Origin: Candidatus Caldarchaeum sp. | GTDB lineage: Archaea > Thermoproteota > Nitrososphaeria_A > Caldarchaeales > Caldarchaeaceae | DNA: 51,764 nucleotides | NCBI GenBank assembly: GCA_038831915.1 | Contig: JAWBKB010000010.1 | Location: forward strand, 1-51,764 | Direction of reading: 5' to 3' | Shown: positions 28,949 through 39,116 of the stretch, one piece after another | Layout: each line of letters opens with the position of its first letter | How positions within the stretch are numbered: the stretch's first letter is position 1 | The notes under the pieces: generated by a model | Told to the model about the DNA's origin: nothing | The model's input: only the letters and a program-made list of their open reading frames with translations | Database searches by the model: none | Program-made: the position numbers and the translations under genes

Positions 28949-29399
28949 CCACGAGAACCGCGCAAGATGCGTGCGAAACTACACCACTCGCCACACTACC
29001 AAGAACAACTTTCTTGAAGCCACTTAATCCTCTTGTCCCCGTTACAATCAAATCGACGCCGCTCATCGAGGAAAATTCCGTTATGGCTTCAACGACTGAG
29101 GGTGCTTTTTCCAGAACTTCTCCACGGCATCCTACACCCGCTTCCCGAGCCATGACCACAACTTCATCAACGTATTTTTGCCCCTCGTTCCGAGCGTCTT
29201 CAAGAAACTGTTTCAACGCCGATGGAGGAACACCCGCGGCGGCGAACATGTAAGGAGGCTGCTGCACAACATGTAAAGCGATTAGCTCCGCTCCAAATAT
29301 CCTGCAAAGCTCCACGGCTACTTTAGCGGCTTTCCTGCTGAAGTCAGAACCATCTACCGCGACCAAAACTCTGTGAAACAAGCCAACATCAACCTCCAA
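28941..29399 (-). CDS. Universal stress protein (UspA family)
   Basis: VLVAVDGS, DLIVTGTRG, LGSVA, CAVLVVK. Confidence 0.92.
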   Translation of the reverse strand: MEVDVGLFHRVLVAVDGSDFSRKAAKVAVELCRIFGAELIALHVVQQPPYMFAAAGVPPSALKQFLEDARNEGQKYVDEVVVMAREAGVGCRGEVLEKAPSVVEAITEFSSMSGVDLIVTGTRGLSGFKKVVLGSVASGVVSHASCAVLVVK

Positions 29400-29505
29400 T
29401 TCGAATAATTAAAGTGTTCATGGTGTCATCACATCGAAGTAGCGAATGCTCATATATCTGCACGTTGCACAGCGATTACCTTGTGGTTGCCATGTTCGTG
29501 CTTCA

Positions 29506-29579
29506 TGGGCCGGGGCGGACTTGAACCGCCGACCTCCACCGCGTCAGGGTGGCGTCATACCAGGCTAGACCACCGGCCC
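29506..29579 (-). tRNA. tRNA-Val(GAC), intronless, CCA not encoded
   Basis: Reverse complement GGGCCGGTGGTCTAGCCTGGTATGACGCCACCCTGACGCGGTGGAGGTCGGCGGTTCAAGTCCGCCCCGGCCCA forms a full cloverleaf; anticodon arm CCACC-CTGACGC-GGTGG. Confidence 0.95.
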
Positions 29580-29624
29580 CGTGTCGTTGATAAACAAACC
29601 ACGTATTTAGGCGTTATCGGCGTG

Positions 29625-31259
29625 TTAATGCGACGTAAGTCCTCGGCTTTCATTTTGTATTTTTTGGTTTCGCTGTTTTCTGGGGTTAACGCGGATGATT
29701 TCAGCTCCCGTGTTAACCGAAAGTGTTTGGGCGAGCTCCCTCATGTATCCCGGGTACGTGTCGGGGCCCCATTCAAAGACGTAAATCTTACGATATCCTG
29801 CTTCAGCGAGTTTTTTAGCAGCTTTGCTGTTCAGCGTCTCGGCGATTTGTTTGAAGAGCGTGATGCTGAAGCTGGTTTGAGAAACTGGGTAGACATTATG
29901 TATGAACAACGGCACCAACCCATATGGAGTGCCCACCACGTAGACGTCGAAATTAACTGAGTCAAGCGTTTTGGAGATTTTTTCGAGTACATGCGTGATG
30001 TTTCTAGAAGTAACAGTTCTGTGATGCAAGAGTACGGCGACATCATTTTCCGGTCTGAGAAACCGGTCGAGTTTATCCGCCATCCTTCGGTATTCAGGTC
30101 TTCTCAAGCTGTCCAAATCGGTGAGGAAAATCCCCCTCCGCTTCGAAACAGATGTATGCAAGGCCATTTCATTCACGGTAATGTCGTCGCTGAAAACTTC
30201 GACAAAGGCATCGTAAACAGACGGATGTGCTTTCGCCCGTTTCTCCACTAGCTCAAACAACCTACCTTCCCAAATCGCCTGCTTAACGGTCTTCAACTCC
30301 TGAAAGCAAACATGCAGGTTATGCAGAGCGAGGTGTTTGAATCTTTCGTCGCGTTCCATTTCTTTCAACTCTTTTGCAGAAACTGTCACGCAAGTCTCGC
30401 AGCTACACGGTAGATAGGCCAAGTCTTCAAGCCTGAGGGTTCCGTCAGGAGTCATGTATCTATCTTCTTTTGCGAAGAGAACGTATGATGCAGAGTCGAA
30501 CAAGTCCACACCCAGGGCAATCACTAAACCAAAGATCATGGGATGACCGGCCCCAAATAGATGTAAAGGAGTCACGGGGCGCAGCGCGGCTCGAGCAGCA
30601 GTTATCATGGAGACGAGCTGAGTGTAACGGTAGGAGGTCATAAGGGGCGTTGGGCTTCCCAGACAGTATAGGCTGAAGCCGAGTTTTTTGTATTCTTCGA
30701 CGCATCGCTGGATTAGGTCTCGGTAAACTCCTCCTTGGATGGGCCCTACCCAGACACATCTACTTTTTTCGCCCACAAGATTCATCGTGAGCCTCACGTT
30801 TTCGAGAGTCTTTTCAACGGTTTGCTCTGCCTTCTTACGGGTCACCAGACCTGTTGGTTTGTCAAGCGGAACAGCGATGTCAGAGCCAATGGATTCTTGG
30901 AAAACAGCTATTTCCGACGGCTGTGCATCGACATCGCCGTACATCAAAACCTGGTAACCACCCGAATCAGTCATCACTATTCCGTCAAAATCTATAATGC
31001 CGTGAACACCTCTATCCACAGCTTCACGGCCGAACCTCTTCAGCAAGATGTAAGCATTTGTAATGACGATGTTGCAGCCGAAAATTTGCTTGATTTCTCT
31101 TGGAGGAATTACTTGGTTGACAGGGTTAATGACAGGGACGAACGCCGGCGTTTCTACCTTCTTTCCGCCTATTCGTAGGTATCCAATTCGTCCGAGAAGG
31201 TCTTTATGTCTCACCTCGAACTCGGCCTGCAACCCGTCTTCTTTGAAAAGACGCCGCAT
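29625..31259 (-). CDS. tgtA: Archaeosine tRNA-guanine(15) transglycosylase
   Basis: ETPAFVPV, MTDSGGYQ, GPIQGG, HLFGAGHP, DLFDSASY and Zn site CSCETC..HN. Confidence 0.93.
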   Translation of the reverse strand: MRRLFKEDGLQAEFEVRHKDLLGRIGYLRIGGKKVETPAFVPVINPVNQVIPPREIKQIFGCNIVITNAYILLKRFGREAVDRGVHGIIDFDGIVMTDSGGYQVLMYGDVDAQPSEIAVFQESIGSDIAVPLDKPTGLVTRKKAEQTVEKTLENVRLTMNLVGEKSRCVWVGPIQGGVYRDLIQRCVEEYKKLGFSLYCLGSPTPLMTSYRYTQLVSMITAARAALRPVTPLHLFGAGHPMIFGLVIALGVDLFDSASYVLFAKEDRYMTPDGTLRLEDLAYLPCSCETCVTVSAKELKEMERDERFKHLALHNLHVCFQELKTVKQAIWEGRLFELVEKRAKAHPSVYDAFVEVFSDDITVNEMALHTSVSKRRGIFLTDLDSLRRPEYRRMADKLDRFLRPENDVAVLLHHRTVTSRNITHVLEKISKTLDSVNFDVYVVGTPYGLVPLFIHNVYPVSQTSFSITLFKQIAETLNSKAAKKLAEAGYRKIYVFEWGPDTYPGYMRELAQTLSVNTGAEIIRVNPRKQRNQKIQNESRGLTSH

Positions 31260-31311
31260 TTATAGTCGTGAGGCAAATCATTATTAACACGGACGACGAA
31301 ACAGTTTCAGT

Positions 31312-32013
31312 ATGCTTGAAACTGAAGTTTTCTTCGTCGACGGCGGCGATAAGGTGAAAGCATTGGACGCAATTCTAGTCGAAGGGTTGCCCGGAATCGG
31401 GCTTGTTGCAAAAGTTTCAGTAGCCTACCTATTGCGCAACTTAGAAGTTAAAAGGGTCTGTAGATTTTTTTCGCCTTTCTTTCCTGCTATCGGCTACATT
31501 TCCGAGGGTAAGCTTGTTTTCAGCTTCGCCGACATCTACCTAGCGAATCACAGCCCACCACTACTCATTCTCTACGGAAACGCACAACCTTCAACGAGCT
31601 ACGGCCAATACGACCTCTGTCAAAAAATAATTGATGTGGCGAAAAACATCGGAGCCTCCACAGTTTTGACGATCGGCGGCTACGGAAAAGAATCGGTTTC
31701 TGAAAAACGAACTATTTACTGCTCTTCAACCGACCCATCTTTTTTGGACGAATGGATTTCAAAAGTTGACGGTGTGAAGTATTCAGGGCAGATTGTGGGT
31801 GCAGCAGGTCTCTTGACGGTTCTCGCCGCCGAAGCGGGTATGCGTAATTTTTCGATGTTGGTCGAAACGGCTGAGCTCGCTCCAGACTTTTTCGCGGCAC
31901 GAAGGGCCCTAGACGCTCTCGTAAAGCTCCTAGATTTACGCATCAAAGTTCCGTCGGCTGAAGAACTTTCGAAAGCATATCTGCTTAGTTTGATGGAGTA
32001 TGAAAGCTTTTAA
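31312..32013 (+). CDS. PAC2-family (proteasome assembly chaperone-like) protein
   Basis: EGLPGIGLVAK, GNAQP, TIGGY, IVGAAGLL, PDFFAA. Confidence 0.85.
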   Translation: MLETEVFFVDGGDKVKALDAILVEGLPGIGLVAKVSVAYLLRNLEVKRVCRFFSPFFPAIGYISEGKLVFSFADIYLANHSPPLLILYGNAQPSTSYGQYDLCQKIIDVAKNIGASTVLTIGGYGKESVSEKRTIYCSSTDPSFLDEWISKVDGVKYSGQIVGAAGLLTVLAAEAGMRNFSMLVETAELAPDFFAARRALDALVKLLDLRIKVPSAEELSKAYLLSLMEYESF

Positions 32014-32061
32014 ACTGTATTAGGTTAAATATTTCCTAGGACATTCGGGGATTTAGGCTGA

Positions 32062-32403
32062 ATGTCGGCTGAAGACGAAGAGCTTGAAAGAATCAGGCAG
32101 CAGAAGATGGCTGAGTTGCAGGCACGCGTGGCTGAGGAGCAGTCGCGTAGACAGAGAGAGTTGGAAAGGGCCGCGGCCATGAGAGTTATACTTACCCCCG
32201 AGGCACGGCAGCGACTCAACAACCTTAGGCTCATCAGGCCTGAAATTGCCGAAAAAGTAGAGACCTATCTTATTCAGGTTTCGCAAACAGGTAGCATAAG
32301 ACTTCCTATAGACGATGAAGGACTCAAACAGATTCTAGACAAAATCATGCCGAGGAAACGAGAGACGAAAATCGAATGGAGGTCGAAGAGCGTGGAGTGG
32401 TGA
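32062..32403 (+). CDS. PDCD5-like DNA-binding protein
   Basis: DEELERIRQQKMAELQ, ILTPEARQRLNNLRLIRPE. Confidence 0.92.
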   Translation: MSAEDEELERIRQQKMAELQARVAEEQSRRQRELERAAAMRVILTPEARQRLNNLRLIRPEIAEKVETYLIQVSQTGSIRLPIDDEGLKQILDKIMPRKRETKIEWRSKSVEW

Positions 32404-32406
32404 AAA

Positions 32407-32814
32407 TTGGTGCAAATCGATGAAAAAACTCATCTCGAAAAATTTCGTCAATTCATTATATTGAACACGTGCGCCTCTTACATTCCTTCAGCTTATCTTC
32501 ACGATACATCGGTGTTTCCAGAAAGAGACCCTGAAAAGGGAACTATATACGTGGAGGCCGTATCCAAAGTTTCACTGGGTGAGATGCGTGACGTTCGGTT
32601 TGTTAAGGTCGCTGAAGTGTTGGGAGTTATTTATCGCTCAAGAAGCGGAAACACCGATTTGAAATGGAGGCAGATTAAAGGGCCTTTTGGCCGCGTCACC
32701 GGTGAAGCATCTCCCAACTCGTTAGTCAACTTGATTGAAGCAGGTGTGCTGAGAAAAGACGTGCTTCTGAAAAAGATTGAACAATCCGCGAAAACCGACG
32801 AAGAAACAGTTTAA
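32407..32814 (+). CDS. Hypothetical protein
   Basis: 135-aa ORF abutting the PDCD5 gene; no motif recognised. Confidence 0.65.
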   Translation: MVQIDEKTHLEKFRQFIILNTCASYIPSAYLHDTSVFPERDPEKGTIYVEAVSKVSLGEMRDVRFVKVAEVLGVIYRSRSGNTDLKWRQIKGPFGRVTGEASPNSLVNLIEAGVLRKDVLLKKIEQSAKTDEETV

Positions 32815-32852
32815 GCATACGCTTAAGAACGGGCTTTTCCTGCAAATTTGTC

Positions 32853-34037
32853 ATGAAAGTTGCGTTAGCTTACAGCGGCGGGCTCGACACCACGGTCATG
32901 ATTAAATGGATTAGCCAGCGGTACAACGCCGAAGTTATTACCGTAACGGTTGACGTCGGGCAGGAGGAAAACTTCGATGAGATAGAGGAGAAAGCATACA
33001 AAAGCGGAGCTTTAAAACACTACAGCATCGACGCCAAAAACAAGTTCGCGGAAGAATACGTCGCGAGAGCCATCAAAGCCAACGCCCTATATGAAAAAAG
33101 TTATCCTCTTTCGTCTGCTTTGAGCAGGCCTTTGATAGCTGAAGAAGTGGCTAAAGTTGCGTTGAAAGAGGGCTGTGATGCTGTTGCTCACGGCTGCACG
33201 GGTAAAGGCAACGACCAGCTGAGATTTGACGCGACGTTCGCATCGGTTGCTCCAGATTTGAAAATCATAGCACCGGTTCGAGAATGGAACATGAGCCGCG
33301 ACGAAGAAATCGAATACGCTCTCGAACACAACCTTCCCGTAAACCCTGTCAAAAGTCGTTTTAGCGTCGACGAAAACCTGTGGGGCAGGTCCATCGAGGC
33401 CGCTGAACTAGAAGACCCTTGGACGGAGCCACCTCAAGAAGCTTTCAAGCTAGTTAAACCGATTAGCCAAACCCCAGACAAGCCAGAAGAAATCGTTGTA
33501 GGATTCAAGGATGGAATCCCCGTCTCGCTGAACGGCGAATCTTTGAAGCTTGTAGAACTCATAAGAAAACTGAATCAATTGGGTGGTTTGCATGGATACG
33601 GGTTGGTGGACCATGTTGAGGACAGGGTGGTGGGGCTAAAGTCTCGAGAAGTTTACGAGCTTCCAGCCGCTTTGATTTTGATCAACGCCCACGCCGACCT
33701 TGAGAAAATGTTCCTAGGAAGAAGGTTTCAAGCGTTTAAGCAAATCGTCGAAAGCACTTGGGCTGAACTTGTGTACTCAGGTCTTTGGGCTGATCCTCTG
33801 CGGAAAGCCCTCGACGAGTTCATCGACTATTCTCAGCAAGGGGTTGACGGCGAGGTTCGGATGCGTCTCTACAAAGGTTCTTTGAGAATCATCGGGAGAC
33901 GCGGTGAAAAACCTCTCTACTCGCCGAAATACATCACTTACGCGAGTGATAGTGTTTTCGACCAGAAGGCCGGCGAAGGCTTTTCCAAACTCTGGAGTCT
34001 TGAAACACGTTTGAGTAGGTTGAAGGAGAAGGAATAG
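32853..34037 (+). CDS. argG: Argininosuccinate synthase
   Basis: LAYSGGLDT, AHGCTGKGNDQ, SVDENLWGRS, KSREVYE. Confidence 0.97.
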   Translation: MKVALAYSGGLDTTVMIKWISQRYNAEVITVTVDVGQEENFDEIEEKAYKSGALKHYSIDAKNKFAEEYVARAIKANALYEKSYPLSSALSRPLIAEEVAKVALKEGCDAVAHGCTGKGNDQLRFDATFASVAPDLKIIAPVREWNMSRDEEIEYALEHNLPVNPVKSRFSVDENLWGRSIEAAELEDPWTEPPQEAFKLVKPISQTPDKPEEIVVGFKDGIPVSLNGESLKLVELIRKLNQLGGLHGYGLVDHVEDRVVGLKSREVYELPAALILINAHADLEKMFLGRRFQAFKQIVESTWAELVYSGLWADPLRKALDEFIDYSQQGVDGEVRMRLYKGSLRIIGRRGEKPLYSPKYITYASDSVFDQKAGEGFSKLWSLETRLSRLKEKE

Positions 34038-34038
34038 G

Positions 34039-35475
34039 ATGGAAGCGCCGCACCGCGGCGGGATGCTTAAACGACCGATGGATGAGAAAGCGGCGATATA
34101 CACGTCTTCCGCATCATTTGACCATGAAATAATTGAAGCAACCGTATACGTTAACGCGGCTCACATCAAAGCGCTTGCGAAGCTCGGCGTGATCTCCCAA
34201 ACAGCAGCCTTGGACGCTTTACAGGAGCTGAAATCATTCGTCGAAAAGAGGCCACAAATCCCAGCGACCGTCGAAGATGTCCACATTTTTCTAGAATCAC
34301 TTGTTTCACGGTCGGTTCCCGAGGTAGGTGAAATGCTCGCCCTAGGGAAAAGCCGGAACGACGCCGTCGTCGCCGCGATCAAAATCGAAGCAAAAAGGAG
34401 AATCTACGGCACTTCACTAACGTTGCTAAACACTGTCGAGTCGCTTCTGCAGAGAAGCTTAGCGGAAGCCGAAACAGTATTTCCTGTTTACACTCATCTT
34501 CAGCGAGCAGCCCCCGCCACGTTCGGCTTTCTTCTCCAGGCCTACGCTGTTCGGTTTCTACGCGGCGTTCACCACCTTCTCGAGGCCGTTAAGCCTCTCG
34601 AAGAAAGTCCTCTCGGCTCAGCAGCGGTGGCGGGAACTTCTGTCCCGCTTGACCGTAAATATCTCGCGGAAATATTGGGATTCAAAACAGCCAGCGTCAA
34701 CGCGTTAGAGGCGACTGCTGCACGGGATTTCCTAATCCCCGTGTTATCTGCTTTGCTTCAGACATCCCTCGTTCTTTCATCATTTGCCGAAGAACTGGTT
34801 TTGTATTGCTCAGATGAGTTCGGTTTTTTGACCATGCCGGACGAATATTCCGCAACCAGCAGCATCATGCCTCAGAAACGCAATCCGGTCGTCGCGGAAA
34901 TCATGCGTACAAAGGTTGGTGAAATTCTAGGTCTCCTATGTTCTGTTTCGATGATTTTGGGTAGGCAGCCGAGTGGTTACAGCCTCGACCTGCAGCAAAC
35001 CACGCCCAAATTATGGAAAGCCTTTGAAGAAATTCAGACGAGCATGTCTCTGCTCGGGGAGATTGTCAAAGATGTCCGGATAAACGCGGAAAAAGCTTTG
35101 CGTGCATGTGGTCCGCCTGCAGCTGCAGTGGAAGTCGCAAACCACCTGACGTTATCGAAGAAACTTCCTTTCCGGAAAGCACATCAAATAGCTGGAAAAA
35201 TTAGTGCCGCTATAGCAAGCGGTGGCTTGGACGACCACACTCTGAAACAGATTTTTTCAGAGCATGGACTTGACAGCCCTTACGAAATCGATGAAATCTT
35301 GAATCTGATGGAGCCAACTCGAGTTGTTCGCAGGTATGCCGTGGCCGGTTCCGCCAACCCAGCTTACGTTAGGGAGGCCGGCTACCAGCTATTAAAGCAA
35401 GTAGCAGATTTAAGAGACGAAGTGGATAGACGGAGTCGCGAGTTTGAAAACGTTTTAATGACTGTTTTGGAGTGA
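34039..35475 (+). CDS. argH: Argininosuccinate lyase
   Basis: EDVH, GKSRND, YTHLQRA, SSIMPQKRNP. Confidence 0.95.
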   Translation: MEAPHRGGMLKRPMDEKAAIYTSSASFDHEIIEATVYVNAAHIKALAKLGVISQTAALDALQELKSFVEKRPQIPATVEDVHIFLESLVSRSVPEVGEMLALGKSRNDAVVAAIKIEAKRRIYGTSLTLLNTVESLLQRSLAEAETVFPVYTHLQRAAPATFGFLLQAYAVRFLRGVHHLLEAVKPLEESPLGSAAVAGTSVPLDRKYLAEILGFKTASVNALEATAARDFLIPVLSALLQTSLVLSSFAEELVLYCSDEFGFLTMPDEYSATSSIMPQKRNPVVAEIMRTKVGEILGLLCSVSMILGRQPSGYSLDLQQTTPKLWKAFEEIQTSMSLLGEIVKDVRINAEKALRACGPPAAAVEVANHLTLSKKLPFRKAHQIAGKISAAIASGGLDDHTLKQIFSEHGLDSPYEIDEILNLMEPTRVVRRYAVAGSANPAYVREAGYQLLKQVADLRDEVDRRSREFENVLMTVLE

Positions 35476-36543
35476 ATCGAATTCTTTCGCGAATTCGACG
35501 TAGATTTTTACGGCCGACATGATGTCTTTGATTTCGACTGTTTCCATCGCTGTGTGAGCAAGCGTTGAATCGCCGGGCCCGCATGCCACGATGTTCTCTG
35601 TCAAGGCTACGAGTGTGTTCATGTCGCTGGTTCCTGTCTTTTTCACGATTTTCGGTTTGAGGCCGAGACGTAGCATCGCTCTTTGTAGGCCTCGGGCCGC
35701 GAGATTTGTCACGCTGGTTACGACGGGTTCTGTGATGTCGACAACCTGCATTTCGCAGTCGCTTACTTTGACGAATTCTTCGAGCTTTGAGATGATTTCC
35801 TTAGACCTATAGGGGTGGGGGAAACGAATGTTGAGGCTTCCTTCGGCTTTTTCCGGGATACGGCTTATCCAGTCGCCTGCGTGAAGGGTTGTCAGCGCAG
35901 ATGTTACTTCTTCGTATCTTTTGCCGCCAAACTCCTGTTTGACCAAGCTCCATAGGTTGAGGATTTTCTCAAGCGCTGAATCAGCGATGTATGGAGCCGA
36001 AGCGTGACCGCCTTTCGCGTATGCTTGGATTTTAACGCTTACACTTCCTCTGTACGAAACCGCGATTCCAACTGTTCCTGTCGGCTCGCCGATTATTATC
36101 GCGTCCGCCTCAATCTCATCTTCGACAAGTTTTTTCGCACCGCTACCCATTCCCTCCTCGTCAACGAGTCCAGCTACTACAAGCCTCACATTGTTAAGCT
36201 TGTCCGCTAACTGGCCGCCGGCAAGCAGCATCGCTGACAACGGGCCTTTCGCGTCGACCGCTCCTCTTCCGCTAATCTTTCCCTCAGTAACCTTGACACG
36301 TAGTTCGCCTGGAACTGTGTCGACATGGCTCACGAACATGAGGTTGCGGTTCCCTCGGCCTACGGCTGCGAAATAATTGCCCACTTCATCCCTCCAAACA
36401 TCTTTGTATCCGAGGTTTTCGCATACGCGATACCATGTTCGTTCCAGCCTTCTTTCCTCGCCTGGAGGAGTGTACACCTCCAGTAGCTGGACAAGCGTTG
36501 AAACGACATCTTCACGTTGCACTTCGACTGAGCTCAATTTCAT
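35455..36543 (-). CDS. lysK: [LysW]-lysine/ornithine hydrolase (M20 family)
   Basis: SHVDTVPG, GRGAVDAKG, DEE, IGEP, GTSDMN, GPGDS..AH. Start approximate. Confidence 0.88.
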   Translation of the reverse strand: MKLSSVEVQREDVVSTLVQLLEVYTPPGEERRLERTWYRVCENLGYKDVWRDEVGNYFAAVGRGNRNLMFVSHVDTVPGELRVKVTEGKISGRGAVDAKGPLSAMLLAGGQLADKLNNVRLVVAGLVDEEGMGSGAKKLVEDEIEADAIIIGEPTGTVGIAVSYRGSVSVKIQAYAKGGHASAPYIADSALEKILNLWSLVKQEFGGKRYEEVTSALTTLHAGDWISRIPEKAEGSLNIRFPHPYRSKEIISKLEEFVKVSDCEMQVVDITEPVVTSVTNLAARGLQRAMLRLGLKPKIVKKTGTSDMNTLVALTENIVACGPGDSTLAHTAMETVEIKDIMSAVKIYVEFAKEFDSLQNSH

Positions 36544-36621
36544 TCCGGCGGAGTCTGTGTCGAAAAATTCTGTATTAAGTGTTTGCACAAGGTTTAAAGG
36601 TCTTGTTCAGCTGGTTAGGAT

Positions 36622-37964
36622 ATGAAACGGATAAGAACAGTTATCATGGGGGCTGCTGGACGCGACAGAGCTTGAAAAAGCTCCGCGAATTCCATAACTT
36701 CAACGTCGTTTTCAAAGACAATCAACTGTATGAAGTGGTGGCGTTCACCGCGGCCCAGATACCTGGAATAGCTGGACGAATCTACCCAGCCAGCTTGGCG
36801 GGCCCACTTTATCCTGACGGCATTCCCATTTACGACGAATCGAAACTTCCCGAGATCATTAAGGAAAAGAACGTCGACCTCGTTGTTTTCTCATACAGCG
36901 ACTTGACTCACGAAGAGTTGATGCACAAGGCTTCCCTTGTATTGGCCCTTGGTGCTGATTTTTTGCTGTTGGGCCCGAAGTCGACGATGCTTCGGCCGTC
37001 GAAAAAAACCATCGCGGTTACGGCTGTTAAAACGGGCGCTGGCAAAAGCACGATTTCACGATATTTTGTCAAACTACTCCGCGAAATGGGGCTTAAACCG
37101 GTCGTCGTTCGCCACCCCATGCCCTACGGTGTCTTGGAGAAACAAGTTGTTCAAAGGTTTTCGACGTACGCCGATTTAGATGAACAGGGATGCAGCATCG
37201 AGGAAAGAGAGGAAATAGAGCCTCATTTGAGAGAAAATACTATTGTTTACGCGGGCGTCGACTATTTGTCCGTTTTGAAGGAAGCTGAGATGGAAGGAGA
37301 CGTGATTTTATGGGACGGTGGTAACAACGATTTCCCGTTTTTCCGCCCCGACCTTCACGTCACTGTCGTCGATGCCACCAGGCCGGGTCTCGAGACGTCG
37401 AGCTACCCTGGAGAGACAAACATTCTAATGGCCGACTTGATCATCATACACAAGGCGGACAAAAGTAGTGCGGAGAAAATTGAGGAGCTGAAAAATGCCT
37501 TGCATCATCTTAACCCGAGGGCTGAAATCGTAGTCACGGGGTCGACGACGTGTGCCGATGAATTCTTCAACATCAAAGGAAAACGAGTTGCTGTCATTGA
37601 AGACGGGCCTTCAGTGACACATGGTGGAATGGCTGTGGGAGCCGCTTTCGACTACGCGGTTAAGGCTGGGGCCGAGGTCGTGGACCCTAAGCCATACGCC
37701 GTCGGAGCCATCGCGGAAATGTATAAGCAGTATGGGCACATCGGGCCGGTTGTTCCAGCCATCGGATACACTTTACAACAGCTACGAGACCTTGAAGAAA
37801 CTTTGAAACGAATATCGGCAGACACCATTGTTTCCTCGAGCCCCGCAGACCTTTCCAAAATCATTCGGCTCAACAAACCATATGTCAAAGTTTGGTTCGA
37901 AGCGGTTCAACTTTCTGGCAAAAACTTGTCAGACATTATTCGGCTACGTTTGCTGGAGAGTTAG
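36622..37964 (+). CDS. arcE: COG2403/cDPG-synthetase-like P-loop protein, probable arginine synthetase; spliced join(36622..36666,36690..37964), 439 aa
   Basis: Spliced N-terminus MKRIRTVIMGAAGRD|FHNFN; FTAAQIP, AVKTGAGKS, VRHPMPYG, IEEREE, WDGGNND, EDGPSVTHGGM; sits in an Arg biosynthesis locus. Function is inferred. Confidence 0.75.
36667..36689 (+). other. 23-nt BHB intron within an mRNA
   Basis: TGGA-CGCG-AC|A-GAGCTT-GAAA-AAGCTC-CGCG-AA|T-TCCA is a canonical BHB. Removal restores the frame and motif and deletes an in-frame TGA (36673-36675). Confidence 0.88.
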
Positions 37965-39116
37965 AAATTCGTCGGCGGTCTTGCGAATTGTTTCAGCTGC
38001 AAACAACATGTCTTTTTCCTCGATGACGTAGGGTGGGAGGAACCTCAGAACAGTCAGTCCCGCCTTAAAGCCGATTAAGCCATTTGCCTGAAGCATTTTG
38101 ATGAAAGTTGTGGGAGTTGTCCTCATTTCAAGGCCGATCATGAGACCGGCGTTGCGAAAAGCTCGGAAAATTCGGCTTTTTTCTTCGACGACCGCTTTAA
38201 GTTCTTCAGTAATCATGGCGCCTTTCACTTCGGCCTGTTGTGGAACGTTTTCATCGGTCAGGACTTCGACGGCTGCTGTTATTGCGGCGAGTGCGAGCGG
38301 GTTGCCTCCATAGGTGGAGCCATGGTCAGTTTCTTTTAATTTGGAGACGATTTCCTCTGTGACTGCGATTAAACTCGCTGGGAACCCTCCTGCGACGGCT
38401 TTCGCCGTCGTCAGGATGTCGGGCTTTATTTCGGCCCGCTGATGGTTCCATACATATCCTGTTCTTCCAAAACCAGATTGAATTTCATCCACGATGATGA
38501 AAGCACCGACTTCACGAGCTTTTTTCTCCAAAGCTTTCATGAAGTCCACCGACGCGGGAATGATGCCGCCCTCGCCTTGAACAGGTTCAAAAATTACCGC
38601 CGCGAATTCCTTAGTTAGTTTGCGATCGACTTCCTCGGGATTGTTGAAAGGCGCAAACACAGCCTCCAGCGGAAAAGGGTCGAAGCCTTCTCGGTATTTG
38701 CTGCTCCACGTTGCTGATAGTGCGGCCATGGTTCGGCCGTGAAAACCGTTGTTGAACGCGAGAATTTTCCTTCTTCCCGTCAGCTTTCTGCTCAATTTTA
38801 ATGCAAGCTCAACAGCTTCTGAACCACTGTTAAGGAAAAAAACGTTGGTCAAATGACGTGGAAGTATTCGTCCCAGTCTGTCAAGGCATCTATCGAGAAT
38901 CTCCGTGTCAAAAGCAGGGCTGATCGTCATGTATTTGTCCAGCTGTTCTTTTAACGCGTTCACGATTTTCGGATGGCGGTGGCCTAGAAAAGCAGCTCCG
39001 TAACCCATGTAGAAATCCAGGTACCGCCGACCTTCTGCATCCCAGACATACTGGCCTTCAGCCTTTGCAATCCGTAGGCCTCGAGGAGCCGCGAACCTAA
39101 TCAGCGACGGAGTCAT
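37944..39116 (-). CDS. lysJ: [LysW]-aminoadipate/glutamate semialdehyde transaminase
   Basis: NSGSEAVE, FHGRT, EPVQGEGG, DEIQSGFGRTG, AKAVAGG, HGSTYGGNP. Confidence 0.9.
   Translation of the reverse strand: MTPSLIRFAAPRGLRIAKAEGQYVWDAEGRRYLDFYMGYGAAFLGHRHPKIVNALKEQLDKYMTISPAFDTEILDRCLDRLGRILPRHLTNVFFLNSGSEAVELALKLSRKLTGRRKILAFNNGFHGRTMAALSATWSSKYREGFDPFPLEAVFAPFNNPEEVDRKLTKEFAAVIFEPVQGEGGIIPASVDFMKALEKKAREVGAFIIVDEIQSGFGRTGYVWNHQRAEIKPDILTTAKAVAGGFPASLIAVTEEIVSKLKETDHGSTYGGNPLALAAITAAVEVLTDENVPQQAEVKGAMITEELKAVVEEKSRIFRAFRNAGLMIGLEMRTTPTTFIKMLQANGLIGFKAGLTVLRFLPPYVIEEKDMLFAAETIRKTADEFLTLQQT

Noticed and set aside
29400-29625. tRNA-Val as an integration site
   Set aside because: No duplicated tRNA 3' end or integrase seen in the window.
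36579-36689. Tracked N-terminus MFAQGLKVLF... or a simple frameshift/pseudogene call
   Set aside because: It lacks the conserved GAAGRD motif, which lies in another frame, and the insertion is a precise BHB rather than a random indel.
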